From the human T2T-CHM13v2.0 reference genome, Homo sapiens: 64,000 bases of DNA. A program made the position numbers and the translations under genes. The stretch lies in the NCBI RefSeq assembly GCF_009914755.1, contig NC_060926.1. The stretch is one strand, 5' to 3'. Every line of letters begins with the position of its first letter. Within the stretch, counting starts at the first letter, position 1. The notes beneath the pieces were generated by a model. That model saw only the letters and a program-made list of their open reading frames with translations. It made no database searches and was not told where the DNA came from. This document shows positions 12,511 through 24,258 of the stretch, in pieces.

Positions 12511-13587
12511 TCCTCTATCCTGCCTCACTGCACAAGCTTCAGGGCTAATATGCAAACAGCTTTGCCTGCGTGGAGAGAGAAGAAATAGAAGTTTAGCCTC
12601 ACAGAGTGCTAAATCCTCCTAAGTCATAGGCATACATTGTGCTGTAGTAGACAGCATGAGTGTGGGGGTGGGTTCTGGAAATGAAAGTCCATTATGATGG
12701 GATGGGGTTTTTCTACTCTCCATAGGCTGCTTCCATCCCTTCCCACCTTGGAACCTGGTACACACTGTCGAAAGGGCCCTTGGTAATGCAACTCAAGGAA
12801 GAGGACAATTAGAGCTCTTTAGCGAAATGATGCTCAGGTTGTCTTGCAGGTGTTCCACCTCTAGGAGCTAAAGGCCCCAACCCACTCAGAAAAGAATGAG
12901 ATGGAAGTGAAAGGCTGACAACATTTATCAGAGCTAGGGAGAGGCTGTTGGACGCAAGGATTAGGAGACAAAGGATTAAAGTGAAGAGACTCCATAGACA
13001 GTAATGACTTGGTTCCTCAGGATAGACAGAGGGATAGCCCATGGGGCTACCCAAAGAGCCATGATCAAAGAAAGAATCTGCTGATATTCCACGCATTCTC
13101 AATAGAGGCTGAATAGGCAGGGGAGCTACTCCTGAATTCTCATTCTAGTACAGGCGGTGGGTGAAAGCTCTACTTGAAAAAGAAGAGTTGTTTGTTTGTT
13201 TGAACTGTTGTATATTTAGTTTAAGTGTCAGGAAAAATTGTCCTAGACTTGAAAATTGGCAAAAGAGATGACTGGGTGTCCTTCGAGTGGGCACTGCATG
13301 TAACTGAGTGGACCATCTAGGGATTCTCTGACCCAATAGGGGAATGCTCCTTTGATTGTCTGTCTGTTGACTCAAATTAACAGTTTTGTAGAGGTAGAAG
13401 TTAAATGGTAGAAAATTTTTAGATGCCAATGATTTGAATCTATAGGAGTCAAATAAAATTTTTCCAATAACAATTATTCCCTCCTTGATTGATAAAATGA
13501 TCTCCAACATCATTACACTTTGTTGTGTTACAGGATAATAACTAGTTTTGCAAATATTTAGCATATTTGGCTCAGATTTCTGATTTC

Positions 13588-13635
<48 letters not shown>
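13588..13635. repeat. (TG)n microsatellite
   Basis: Direct reading, over 20 TG units. Confidence 0.98.
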
Positions 13636-13638
<3 letters not shown>

Positions 13639-13899
13639 ACAATACATATAGAGGACGCGCCGGCGCTGAGGGGTTGGTGCAGCTGCTGGAGCCGTGCAGA
13701 AAAGAGAAGCGCCAAAAGAGGCAAACTGAGATGAAGACAAACGATCATCTGTATGCTGATCATTTTGATAAGAACGAAACCTGTCAAAAAATACTACCCT
13801 GAAAACTTCATAAATACTATGGTGTGAAGAACCCTCTGTTTATCTTCAGTTTATCATCAGATGTCTTAGGGAGGTTTGATAAAGAACAGCAGGAAACCA

Positions 13900-16800
13900 A
13901 AGCGATCGTCATGGCAGACGGGAGGCAGGACTAGATTGCAGCTCCAACTCAGAGGGACAGAGCAGTATGCAGTGGCTTGCATCGTGAATTTTAGCTCCAG
14001 AACTACTGCAGGAATAGACCAGGAAACCCGAGAGGACCCACAGACCCTCTGAAGGAAGCAGACTGCTCCTGCAGGACCCAGGAGACACCCCAAAGACTGT
14101 GAGTGCCCAAACTGCGGAAGTGGGAAAGGGAGATCCTCTGCCCCTGAACACACACCCCGACTAGGGAAACTGAAGGTCTAGTTTGCAGAAGATTCTGACC
14201 TTACCTGGAGCTGAGTCAATTTAGAGAGCCGAGTGAAATGCAGGGGCAGAGGAAGCAGCTGGAAAGGCCCTGGGAGCTCGCTGGGTACCCAAACAGGCCG
14301 TTCCTGCCCAGCATCACAGGGATCCTTTGGGAGGGCAGCCAGGGGCACGGAGAAAACGCCACAGGGAGAAGGAAATCTCCAGCTGAACTTTGTAACAATT
14401 TGAACCGAGGTCGAGAAGCCTCCTGGCCAGAACTTGGGGGAGGGCATGAATCCAGCTTACAGACTCTACAGGTGGGAGAAGAACTAAAGCCCTTCTCTTT
14501 TGCAGCTGAGAGGCAGGTAGCCTGGGACAAGTTCTCAGCACTGCTCGCCCACTGCCTGGAAACAGACTCTGTGCTGTTAGGGGTGGCACAGTGGGAGTGA
14601 GACCAACCCTTCAGATTGTGTGGGAGCTGGGTGAGGCCTGTGACTGCCGGTTTTCTCCCACTTCTGCGACAACCTGCATGACTAAGCAAAGGCAGCCATA
14701 ATCCTCCTAGCCACAGCTCCACTGACCTGGGAACCTTACCCCCATCCCCCACAGCAGCCACAGCAAGACCCACCCAAGGAGAGTCTGAGCTCAGACACGC
14801 CTAGCCCTGCCCCCACCTGATGGTCCTTCCCTACCCACCCTGGTAGCTGAAGGCAAAGGGCATATCTTGGGAGTTCTAGGGCCCCGCCCACCGCCGGTTC
14901 CTCTCTATACTCTTCACAGCTGATGCTCTCTGCAATGTGCCACCTCCCGGCAGGAGGCCAACCAGCACAGAAATAGAGCATTAAACCACCAAGGCTAAGA
15001 ACCCTCACAGAGTGCATTTCACCTCCCTGCCACCTACACCAGAACGGGTGCTGGTATCCTCAGCTGAGAAACCCATAGACAGTTCACATCACAGGACTCT
15101 GTGTGCAGACAATCCCCAGTACCAGCCCAGAGCCTGGTAGACTTGCTGGGTGGCTAGACCCAGAATAGAGATAACAGTCACTACAGCTCACATAGAATAC
15201 ACATTCTATTCAACACCACATGGAACTTTCTCCAAGATAGACGGTATGATAGGCCACAAAAGGAGCCTCAATAAATTTAAGAAAATTGAAATTATATCAA
15301 GCACTCTCTCTGACCACAGTGGAATAAAACTGGAAATCAACTCCAAAAGGAACCTTCAAAACCATGCAAATATATGGAAATTAAATAACCTGCGTCTAGA
15401 TGATCATTGGATCAAAATTGAAATCAAGATGGAAATTAAAAAAAATTTCACACTGAATGACAGTAGTGATAAACCCTATCAAAACCTCTGGGATACGACA
15501 CACGCAGTGCTAAGAGGAAAGTTCATAGCCCTAAACGCCTACATCAAAAAGACTGAAAAAGCACGAACTGACATTCTAAGGTCACATCTCAAGGAACTAG
15601 AGAAACAAGAACAAACCAAAACCAAACCCAGCAGAAGAAAGGAAATAACCAAGATCAGAGCAGAACTAAATGAAATTGTAACAATTTCATGAGTTGAAAA
15701 ATTTGTCAAATGAAAAAAAATACAAAAGATAAATGAAAGAAAAAGCTGGTTCTTTGAAAAGATAAATAAAACTTATAGACCATAAGCAAGATTTCAAACA
15801 AGAAAAGAAAAAAAGAGAAAAGAAGAGAGAAAAATCCAAATAACATCAATAAGAAATGAAATGGGAGATGTTACAACTGACACCACAGAACTACAAAAGA
15901 TCATTCAAGACTACTATGAACACCTTTACCTACATAAACTAGAAAACCTAGAAGAGATGGATAAATTCCTGGGAAAATACAACCCTCCTAGCTTAAATCA
16001 GGAAGAATTAGATATCCTGAACAGACCAATAACAAGCAGCGAGATTGAAATGGTAATTTAAAAATTACTAACAAAAAAAGTCCAGGACTAGATGTATTCA
16101 CAGCAGAATTCTACCAGACATTCAAAGAAGAATTGGTACCAATCCTTTTGACACTATTCTACAAGATAGAGAAAGAGGGAACCCTCCCTAATTCATTCTA
16201 TGAAGCCAGCATGACCCTAATACCAAAACCAGGAAAGGACATAACCAGAAAAGAAAACCACAGACTGATATCCCTGATGAACATAAATGCTAAAATCATT
16301 AACAAAATACCAGCTAACTGAATCCAACAACATATCAAAAAGATAATCCACCATGATCAAGTGGGTTTCATACCAGGGATGCAGGGATGGCTTAACATAC
16401 GCAAGTCAATAAATGTGATACACTACATAAACAGAATTAAAAACAAAAATCACATGATCATCTCAATAGATGCAGAAAAAGCATTTGACAAACTCCAGCA
16501 TCGCTTTATGATTAAAACTGTCAGCAAAATTGGCATATGAGGGACATAAGGCAATGTAATAAAAGCCATCTATAACAAACCCACAGCTAACATGATACTG
16601 AATGGGGAAAAGTTGAAAGCATTCCCTATGAGAAGTGGAACAAGACAAGTATGCCCATTCTCACCACTCGTTTTCAACATAGTACTGGAAGTCCTAGCCA
16701 GAGCAATCAGACAAGAGAAAGAAATAAAGGGCATCCAAATCAGTAAAGAAAAAGTCAAACTGTCACTGTTTGCTGATAATATGATCATTTACCTTGAAAA

Positions 16801-18729
16801 CCCTAAAGCGCTCTCCAGAAAGCTCCTAAAACTGATAAAATAATTCAGCAAAGTTTCCAGATACAAGATTAATGTACACACATCAGTAGCTCTTCTTACA
16901 CCAACAGCAACCAAGCAGAGAATCAAATCAAGAATTCAACCCCTTTTACAATAGCTGCCAAAAAAAAAAATACTTAGGAATATACCTATCGAAGGATTTG
17001 AAAGACCTCTACAAGGAAAACTACAAAACACTGCTAAAAGAAATCATAGATGACACAAACAAATGGAAACACATACCATGTTCACAGATGGGTAGAATCA
17101 ATATTGTGAAAATGACCACACTGCCAAAAGCAATCTACGAATTCAATCCAATTCCCATCAAAATACCACCATCATTCTTCACAGAATTAGAAAAAACAAT
17201 TCTAAAATTCATGTGGAACAAAATAAGAGCCTGCATAGCCAAAACAAGACTTAGCAAAAAGAACAAATCTGGAGGCATCACACTACCTGATTTCAAACTG
17301 TACTATAAGGCCATAGTCACCAAAACAGCATGGTACTGCTATAAAAATAGGCACATAGACCAATGGAACAGAATAGAGAACCCAGAAATAAACCCAAATA
17401 CTTACAGCCAACTGATCTTTGACAAAGCAAAAAAAAACATAAAGTGGGGAAAGGACACCCTTTTCAACAAATGGTGCTGGGATAATTGGTTAGCCACATG
17501 TAGCAGAATTAAACTGGATCCTCATCTCTCACCTTATACAAAAATCAACTCAAGATGGATTGAGGACTTAAATCTAAGACTAGAAACTATAAAAATTCTG
17601 AAAATAACATTGGAAAAACCCTTCTAGACCTTGGCTTAGGCAAAGATTTTATGACCAATAACTCAAAAGCAAATGCAACAAAAACAAAGATAAATAGCTG
17701 GGACTTAATTAAACTAAAGAGCTTTTGCATGGCAAAAGGAACAGTCACCAGAGTAAACAGACAACCCACAAAGTGAGAGAAAAATCTTCACAATCTATAC
17801 ATCTGACAAAGGACTAATATCCAGAATCTACAACAAACTCAAACAAATCAGCAAGAAAAAAACAAACAATCTTATCAAAAAGTGGGCTAAGGACATGAAT
17901 AGACAATTCTCAAAAGAAAATATACAGATGGGCAACAAACATATGAAAAAATGCTCAACATCACTAATGATCAGGGAAAGTGAAATAGAAATAAAACCAC
18001 AATGAGATACCACCTTACTCCTGCAAGAATGGCCATAATCAAAAAATCAAAAACACAGTAGATGTTGGCATGGATGCGGTGATCAGGTAATACTTCTACA
18101 CTGCTGGTAGAAATGTAAACTAGTATAGCCACTATGGAAAACAGTGTGGAGATTCCTTAAAGAACTAAAAGTAGAACTACCGTTTCATCCAGCAATCCCA
18201 CTACTTGGTATCTACCCAGAGGAAAAGAAGTCATTATACGAAAAAGATACTTGCACATGCAAATTTATAGCATCACAATTCACAATTGCAAAATCATGGA
18301 ACCAATCCAAACATCCATCAATCAATGAATGGATAAAGAAACTGTGGTATATACATGTGATGGACTACTACTCAGCCATTAAAAGGAATGCATTACTGGC
18401 ATTTGCAGTGACCTGGATGAGATTGGAGACTATTATTCTAAGTGAAGTAACTCAGGAATGCAAAACCAAACATTGTATGTTCTCACTGATATGTGGGAGC
18501 TAAGCGATGAGGACACAAAGACATAAGAATGATACAATGGACTTTGGGGACTTGGGGGGAATTATGGGAGGGGGCAACGGACAAAAGACTACAAATAGGG
18601 TTCAGTGTGTACTGCTTGGGTGATGGGTGCACCAAAATCTCACAAGTCACCACTAAAGAACTTACTCATGTAACCAAACATCACCTATACCCCAATAACC
18701 TATGGAAAAATAAAAAATACTTTAAAAAA
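13900..18729 (+). mobile_element. L1PB (L1PB1-like) with 5' UTR, internal deletion of ORF1 and the ORF2 N-terminus, disrupted ORF2 and intact 3' UTR
   Basis: L1PB-type 5' UTR 13900-15190; ORF2 fragments in several frames (EYTFYS...SDH, LFADNM); L1PB-type 3' UTR (gatacaatggactttggggac...cccaataacctatggaaaaataaa). Confidence 0.93.
15192..18503 (+). pseudogene. Degenerate L1 ORF2 (partial endonuclease, reverse transcriptase, C-terminal domain)
   Basis: ORFs 15150-15692, 15861-16061, 16133-16321, 16592-16843, 16998-17627 and 18144-18503 are consecutive ORF2p pieces broken by stops and frameshifts; RT motif FADD reads FADN at 16769-16780. Confidence 0.9.
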
Positions 18730-19611
18730 TACACACACACACACACACACCTGTTCTTTACATCCTCCTTTGAATCAGTTTTCACATCTTAGTAGCTCTT
18801 TAATTTAATGTGTTAAACAAAATATTTAACACATGCTCATTTTGCTTCTGTATGAGGGTCAGTGTGTTTGGCTAGCTGAGGGCATCTAGTGAAGACTTCT
18901 GCTTCACTTTCTGCCCATGGTGATGGCATAATGCTGAGCTCACAAATGGCAGTGGATGCAGGGCCTCTTATTTTTCTCTTTCAGCTGTCATACTTCAATA
19001 TCTATGGGAAACATCAAGAAATCTTTATACTTGGAGTACCTTCCCAATGCATTTTTAGCCCTTTTCTCCCTCTCAAACTAGCTGCGATAAAGAACCAGAA
19101 TTTTTATCTCCAATCCACTGCAGAATAACATTTTTGTCAAATACAATAAAAGTGAATTACTAGAAAAATAACCATGTGCTGAGATGTTACAATGTCAAAT
19201 TGTTATAGAAGTTGTTAAATGCTAACTCTGAATTTGTATACTTAGCTCATGGTTACAGACAGTTTTAGTGCTGACACCAGTCTGCAGTCCACATTTTGAG
19301 GAGTACTGCTTTATTAAAAGTGCAGAAAAGACTTTAATTCCCTGGACCAACTTGTCCTGTAAAATCCCACCAGACCAAAAAGGCCCAGGTCTATGCAGTT
19401 CTTTCCTGAGGTTGGGCAGCTTTCATTGAGTAGTACAGAGTATGGGAGAGGCAAGGGCTCAATCTCTGAATGTCTCAATCTCTTCCTTGTTCTGAATCAA
19501 TGGCCCTTCCAGTCTTAGACTTTTGCAAGGAGGGTCCCCCATGAACATTCTCACTCTTCCAACTGTTCTCCTCCAAATCCAGTTTCTTGTCTTTTATTCA
19601 TCTTATTCTCC

Positions 19612-20105
19612 ATATTAAGTAGAAAACAAGTCTAGCTCCGGTAATAAAGACCAAAATAAGAATGGCTTAAATAAGGTAGGAGTGTTTCTCTCTTTAACAG
19701 TCTGAGCATGAACAGTTTGTGTCTACCAGACATCTTGGCAGTGTGTGAACCCTGACTCCTGTCTTGCAGCTCTGCAGTCCTCAGCACACAGCTCCCTTTT
19801 TGTGATCTAGGAGCCATTCCAGCTTCCCTGTCATCATGTCTACAGTCCAGTAGGAGGAAGGAGGATGAAGGGAGAAGAGGAGCCCATGCTCCTTTTTCTA
19901 GGGATGTGACCCAGAATTTGCACATATTACTTCTGTTCACATCCAACTGGCCAAAGTCTAGTCACATGGCAACACTGACAGACAAGGGAGCTGGAAAATG
20001 TTGCCTTTAATCCGGGCACCCACGTGCCCAACTAAAACTCTGGGATCTGTTATTAAAGCAAAAAAAGAGATGGATATTAGGAGGCAGCTAGCGATCTCTG
20101 CCACC
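19612..20105 (-). mobile_element. MLT1 (J/K-like) MaLR LTR
   Basis: aatggcttaaataagg...ggccaaagtctagtcacatggc...aagggagctggaaaatg...atggatattaggaggcagctagc...ctgccac. Confidence 0.75.
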
Positions 20106-20592
20106 ATCTTCTTAAATTTCCAGAGTCAGGTGCTTCTGTTCTCCCTTTAGTAGCACCCCCTCCCAACAAAAAGAGGAGGTGCTGCCCCTTAGCACCTTGT
20201 TCCTTGCAGAACTTGGGTCAGATGCTCATGAGGCTTTCTTTTGCTTGTCACACACACTCTAAAGGGGTGGACTGTGCTCTGCTCTTATCAGGGTGAATGT
20301 GGAGTCTCCAATTCCAGTTCAATTTCCTTCCTAAAAAGAAAGACTGGCTATTTTACTTACCAGAAGAACTGAAGACAACTCACCAAGGCAATTCTTTAAA
20401 ATGGAAAGGCAGCCCAGCGTACTCTCACATGGTGGGAGGACTATTTCTCACTTAGCATGCTTTGGCTCTGCCTGTTTGGGAACAATAGACCTTGTTATTC
20501 CTGTTAAGGAGAACTGGATTCTTCCTTGTTCTGCCTGAGCCTGCTCATATTACTCTCCTTTTGCCATCCAGGAAGGAGGACACCAACTCCTC

Positions 20593-21011
20593 TAAAATGG
20601 TTTGGATCTGTGTCTGCACCCAAATCTCATGCTCAATTGTAATCCCCAGTGTTGGAGCTGGGGCCTGGCAGGAGGTGATTGGATCATGGGGGCAGCTTCC
20701 TCACGATGGTTTAGCACCATCCTCTTGGTACTGTTCTCACGATAGTGAGTGAGTTCTCATGAGATCTGGTTATTTAAAAGTGTGCAGCACCTCCCTGCTC
20801 ACTCTCTTTTGCTCCTGCTCCTACCCTGTGAAAGCTTCACTCTCCCTTCACCTTTTGCCCTGATTAGAAGCTTCCTGAGGCCTCCCCAGAGGTAGAAGCT
20901 GCTATACTTCCTATACAGCCTGCAGAACCGTGAGCCAATTAAACCTCTTTTCTTTATAAATTAACCCAGTCTCAGGTATTTCTTTATAGCAGTGCAAAAA
21001 CAACAAATACA
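20593..21011 (+). mobile_element. MSTA MaLR solo LTR
   Basis: atggtttggatctgtgtc...ccaattaaacctcttttctttataaatta...aataca; near-TSD tcctc/acctc. Confidence 0.92.
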
Positions 21012-21074
21012 ACCTCATTCCATTATTTTTTAATTTCAAGAATGAGTTGATCATTGTGATGATAATATACAACG

Positions 21075-21265
21075 ATAATAATAACTAAACTTGATTGAGA
21101 TTTACCAAGCACCAGGTGCTCCTTTCAGTGCTTTACTTGCTTTACTTTATTTAATCCTTACAAGAACCCTTTGACGTTAGCAGAATTACTGTTGTTTTTC
21201 CACTTATGAAAACAAACAAAAGTTAAAAAGGGTTAAGTAACCTGCTCAAGACCATACAGAGCTAA
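21075..21265 (-). mobile_element. MIR SINE
   Basis: agtgctttac...tttaatccttacaagaaccct...agggttaagtaacctgctcaagaccatacag. Confidence 0.75.
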
Positions 21266-21894
21266 ACTCCCTGGTTCAGATTTTTAAAAAATTTGTATTT
21301 TGTTTTATTTTTAAATGAATAGTTACTGGGAATTTTTCTAATGATCAATTTTCACTGCATAAAAAAGTATGAAAAAAATCACCCACCCTATCATTTTCAC
21401 AAAGCTAGCCACTCTTAAACATATTGCTGCCACTGTGTTCCAATTTGGGTACATTTTGTGACTGTTCCAATTTGGGTACATTTTGCTAGACTTCTGGGGC
21501 ATGAAAAATATTCCCAGGAGGCCAAAGAGAATAAGATGAAGCATTTTCAAGCTCTCTTTTCTCTGTGAAAAAAATCTATCATGCATTATTTAATGCTCAT
21601 TCTTCTCTCTGAGCTCTTTTTAACATTTATTGACTGTTAGCAAAAGATGCCTTCTTGCGTCAATCATCTTCTGAGTGCATTGGTGGCCTGTCCTCAGCAG
21701 TCAGTGGTGCATTCATGGTGGCCTTGCTTATTGTCCTCAGCGTCACCCTCATAACCGAGCAAGATATTCCAAGCACAGGGGCTGCTCAAGAGATTATTTA
21801 TTTCTGTACACAATTGTAGAGGAAGAATTCCTGCATCTAGATATTGCAAAGAACTCTCTAGACTGACTTCTGGGTGCCCTCTATTCCCCATTTC

Positions 21895-22050
21895 ATTCAT
21901 TCAATCCTCACAATTCACTGTGAGGGTCCATTCACCCCTTTAAGAAGGAGGAAGCTGAAACTCAGATAAAGTGATTTGCCCAAGGACCCTCAGAGACCAA
22001 ATGGCAAAACCAGGGCTGGCAGCGAGGTTTTCTGACCCCAAGCCTGGCCT
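21895..22050 (-). mobile_element. MIR SINE
   Basis: aatcctcacaa...gaggaagctgaaactcaga...aagtgatttgcccaagg. Confidence 0.75.
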
Positions 22051-23689
22051 TCTTGTCCTGATATGACAGCTGTTCACTCTCTGCCACAATTACCAGGCTG
22101 TGGGAAAACCCTGGCATTGTGGGGAGGGGGCAGAAGGAGCACATCCACGGCTTGTGTCTGCATTGCTTGGTCCACTAGCTCACCGTGCGAGGCCCGGATG
22201 GGGCTCCATGGCGCACTCCTAGCAGCCTTCGGCTCCTCGTTTTTCTAGGGAGATTCTTTCATTCCTTTATCCCTGCCCCCTCACCTCCCTACTGAATACA
22301 GAAACGACCCCAGGAATAAAATGCGAGGGCTCCAGCAACATAAAGCAAAGGTTAGAAATTGAACGCCACCCCTCCCGAAGCCAGGAAATTCCAGAGACGT
22401 GGTTCTCATGGCAGGGGGACTTCAAGTTACATATTTTGCAGTCTGGCTAACGGGTTGTACTTTTCAGTGTGAGGCTTAAGACAGGGTCTGCTTGTGCCAC
22501 AAGGGTGCCTCCGGGCTCTCAGACCCATATTGGATTGCACACAGGCTGTACTGTGGATTAGCTGTGAGATTTGCAAATGTATAGTTTACAATGCGGTAAG
22601 AACCTGGCGGCCAGGGAGCGTGAGTGAACTCGGAGAGCGTTTACTGTGGTTGTTCATGTTTGGGGAGGCCTGTTCAACCCTTGAGGCTGCATTAGCATAG
22701 TTGGGGCCTATACAAATCAGTCTAAAGTTAATTTACAGTGAGTTTCAGGAGTTCTCCCTCCTCTCCAAGGAACTGGCTGTGCTTCCCTGGGTAAAACTGT
22801 GAATGCCTCAGAAGTCTAGATAACCTGGGATGCCCAAGACTTTAACAGACTGTTCTATGCCTGTTGTTTGACATACATTGTGCTCTTGATCTTCCCAACA
22901 GCTCTATTGTTGTCTCCTTTTACAGAAGAAGAAAATGAGTGGTCTTTATTAGAAGCGGTTTCTTAATCAGCTGTGAGCTAAATCTGGGGGTTCTGTGGCT
23001 CACCTCATCCTGGCCTCTAGGTTCCCAGTGAGTGGGCAAAGCGCCGGTTCCCAATGTCTAAGGCTGACCGCCAACCGCCTGCCCACTGCTCCTCTCCCAC
23101 CAAAGCAATGCCTGGAGAGTTCTCCCACCCATTGCAAGGCGCAAGACAGACCCTCACCCCAGCCCGAAGAATGCAGAACCCCAAGAGTTTCTCTACAAGT
23201 CACCCTAGAGTGGAAGCCTGAGGTTCCCGTGACTTCCTTTCTCTGCTCCCTGAGTTGTTTCACAGGGCAGGCCCCAGGCCTCTACTCATCACTTCTGGAT
23301 CTTCAATAGTCTCTGTTTCAGCAACAGAAGCCAAGCCCAGGGGTCTCATATGCCTCCCCAGATCAGCACTTTGATTTGGGGATCTTTCTCACTTCTTTCC
23401 TACATCCCCCTTTCCCCTCTATTCCTCCTCTATTTCCCTGTGGCTTCCTGTGCCTTCTAGATCCCAGCAGCCCTTGCAGGCCAGCCTGCCTTGGACCACA
23501 CTCTCATGGGGGAGGCCTCACCTTCCCTTCCTCCATCCCTCCTCCCCAGGCCTCCTGCCAGACTTCCTCCCAGCCAGCTGTCACTCAAAGAAAGATCTGA
23601 TAAAATCAATTAATAATGACTGCCACTATAACCAAACTGCTCTATAACAGAAAAATGTATTTAACAAACATTCTCTCTGAACTCTCATA

Positions 23690-23835
23690 TCAGCCTGCAA
23701 TATCATTCTCCTCGTTTCACCAGTAATGAAGGAAATAAATATCCATCTCTCCAAGAGGTTAAGTAACCTGTCCCAGATCATGCAACTAAGAAGTGTTAAG
23801 ATTTGAATCCAAGTTGTCTTATTCCAAATACCTGG
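23690..23835 (-). mobile_element. MIR SINE
   Basis: agaggttaagtaacctgtcccagatcatgcaactaagaagtg...gatttgaatccaag. Confidence 0.7.
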
Positions 23836-23839
23836 CTCG

Positions 23840-24258
23840 CTCTTTCTTTTCTTTTTTTTTTTCTTCTTTCTTTTTTCTTCTTTCTTTTTCTTTCTTCTTT
23901 TTCTTTCTTCTTTTTCTCTTTTTTCTTTCTTTTCTTTCTTTCTCCCTTTTTCTCTCTCCTCTCTCTCTCTTTTCTCTCTCTCTCTTTCTCTTTCTTTTCT
24001 TTCTGTCGCTATCTCTTCCTTTCTCTCTCTTTCTCTCCCTTCCTTTCTCTCTTCTTTTCTCTCCCTTTCTTTTCTTTCTTTCTCTCCCTTTCTTTTCTTT
24101 CTTTCTTTCCTTTCTTTTGTTTCTCTCGCTCTCTCTTCTTTCTCTCTCTGTTCCTTTCTCTCCCTTTCTTTCTTTTTTCTTTCTTTCCTTCTTTCTTTCT
24201 TCCTCTCTCTTTCTTTCTTTCTTTTCTCTCTCTTCTTTCCTTCTCTCTTTTTCTTTTT
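23840..24258. repeat. ~420-nt CT-rich polypyrimidine/polypurine low-complexity tract
   Basis: Direct reading: (TTTC)/(TC) mosaic with very few purines on the + strand. Confidence 0.97.

Noticed and set aside
15150-18503. Reverse-transcriptase-like ORFs as an active or domesticated gene
   Set aside because: Fragmented by stops and frameshifts, ORF1 absent, catalytic FADD changed to FADN
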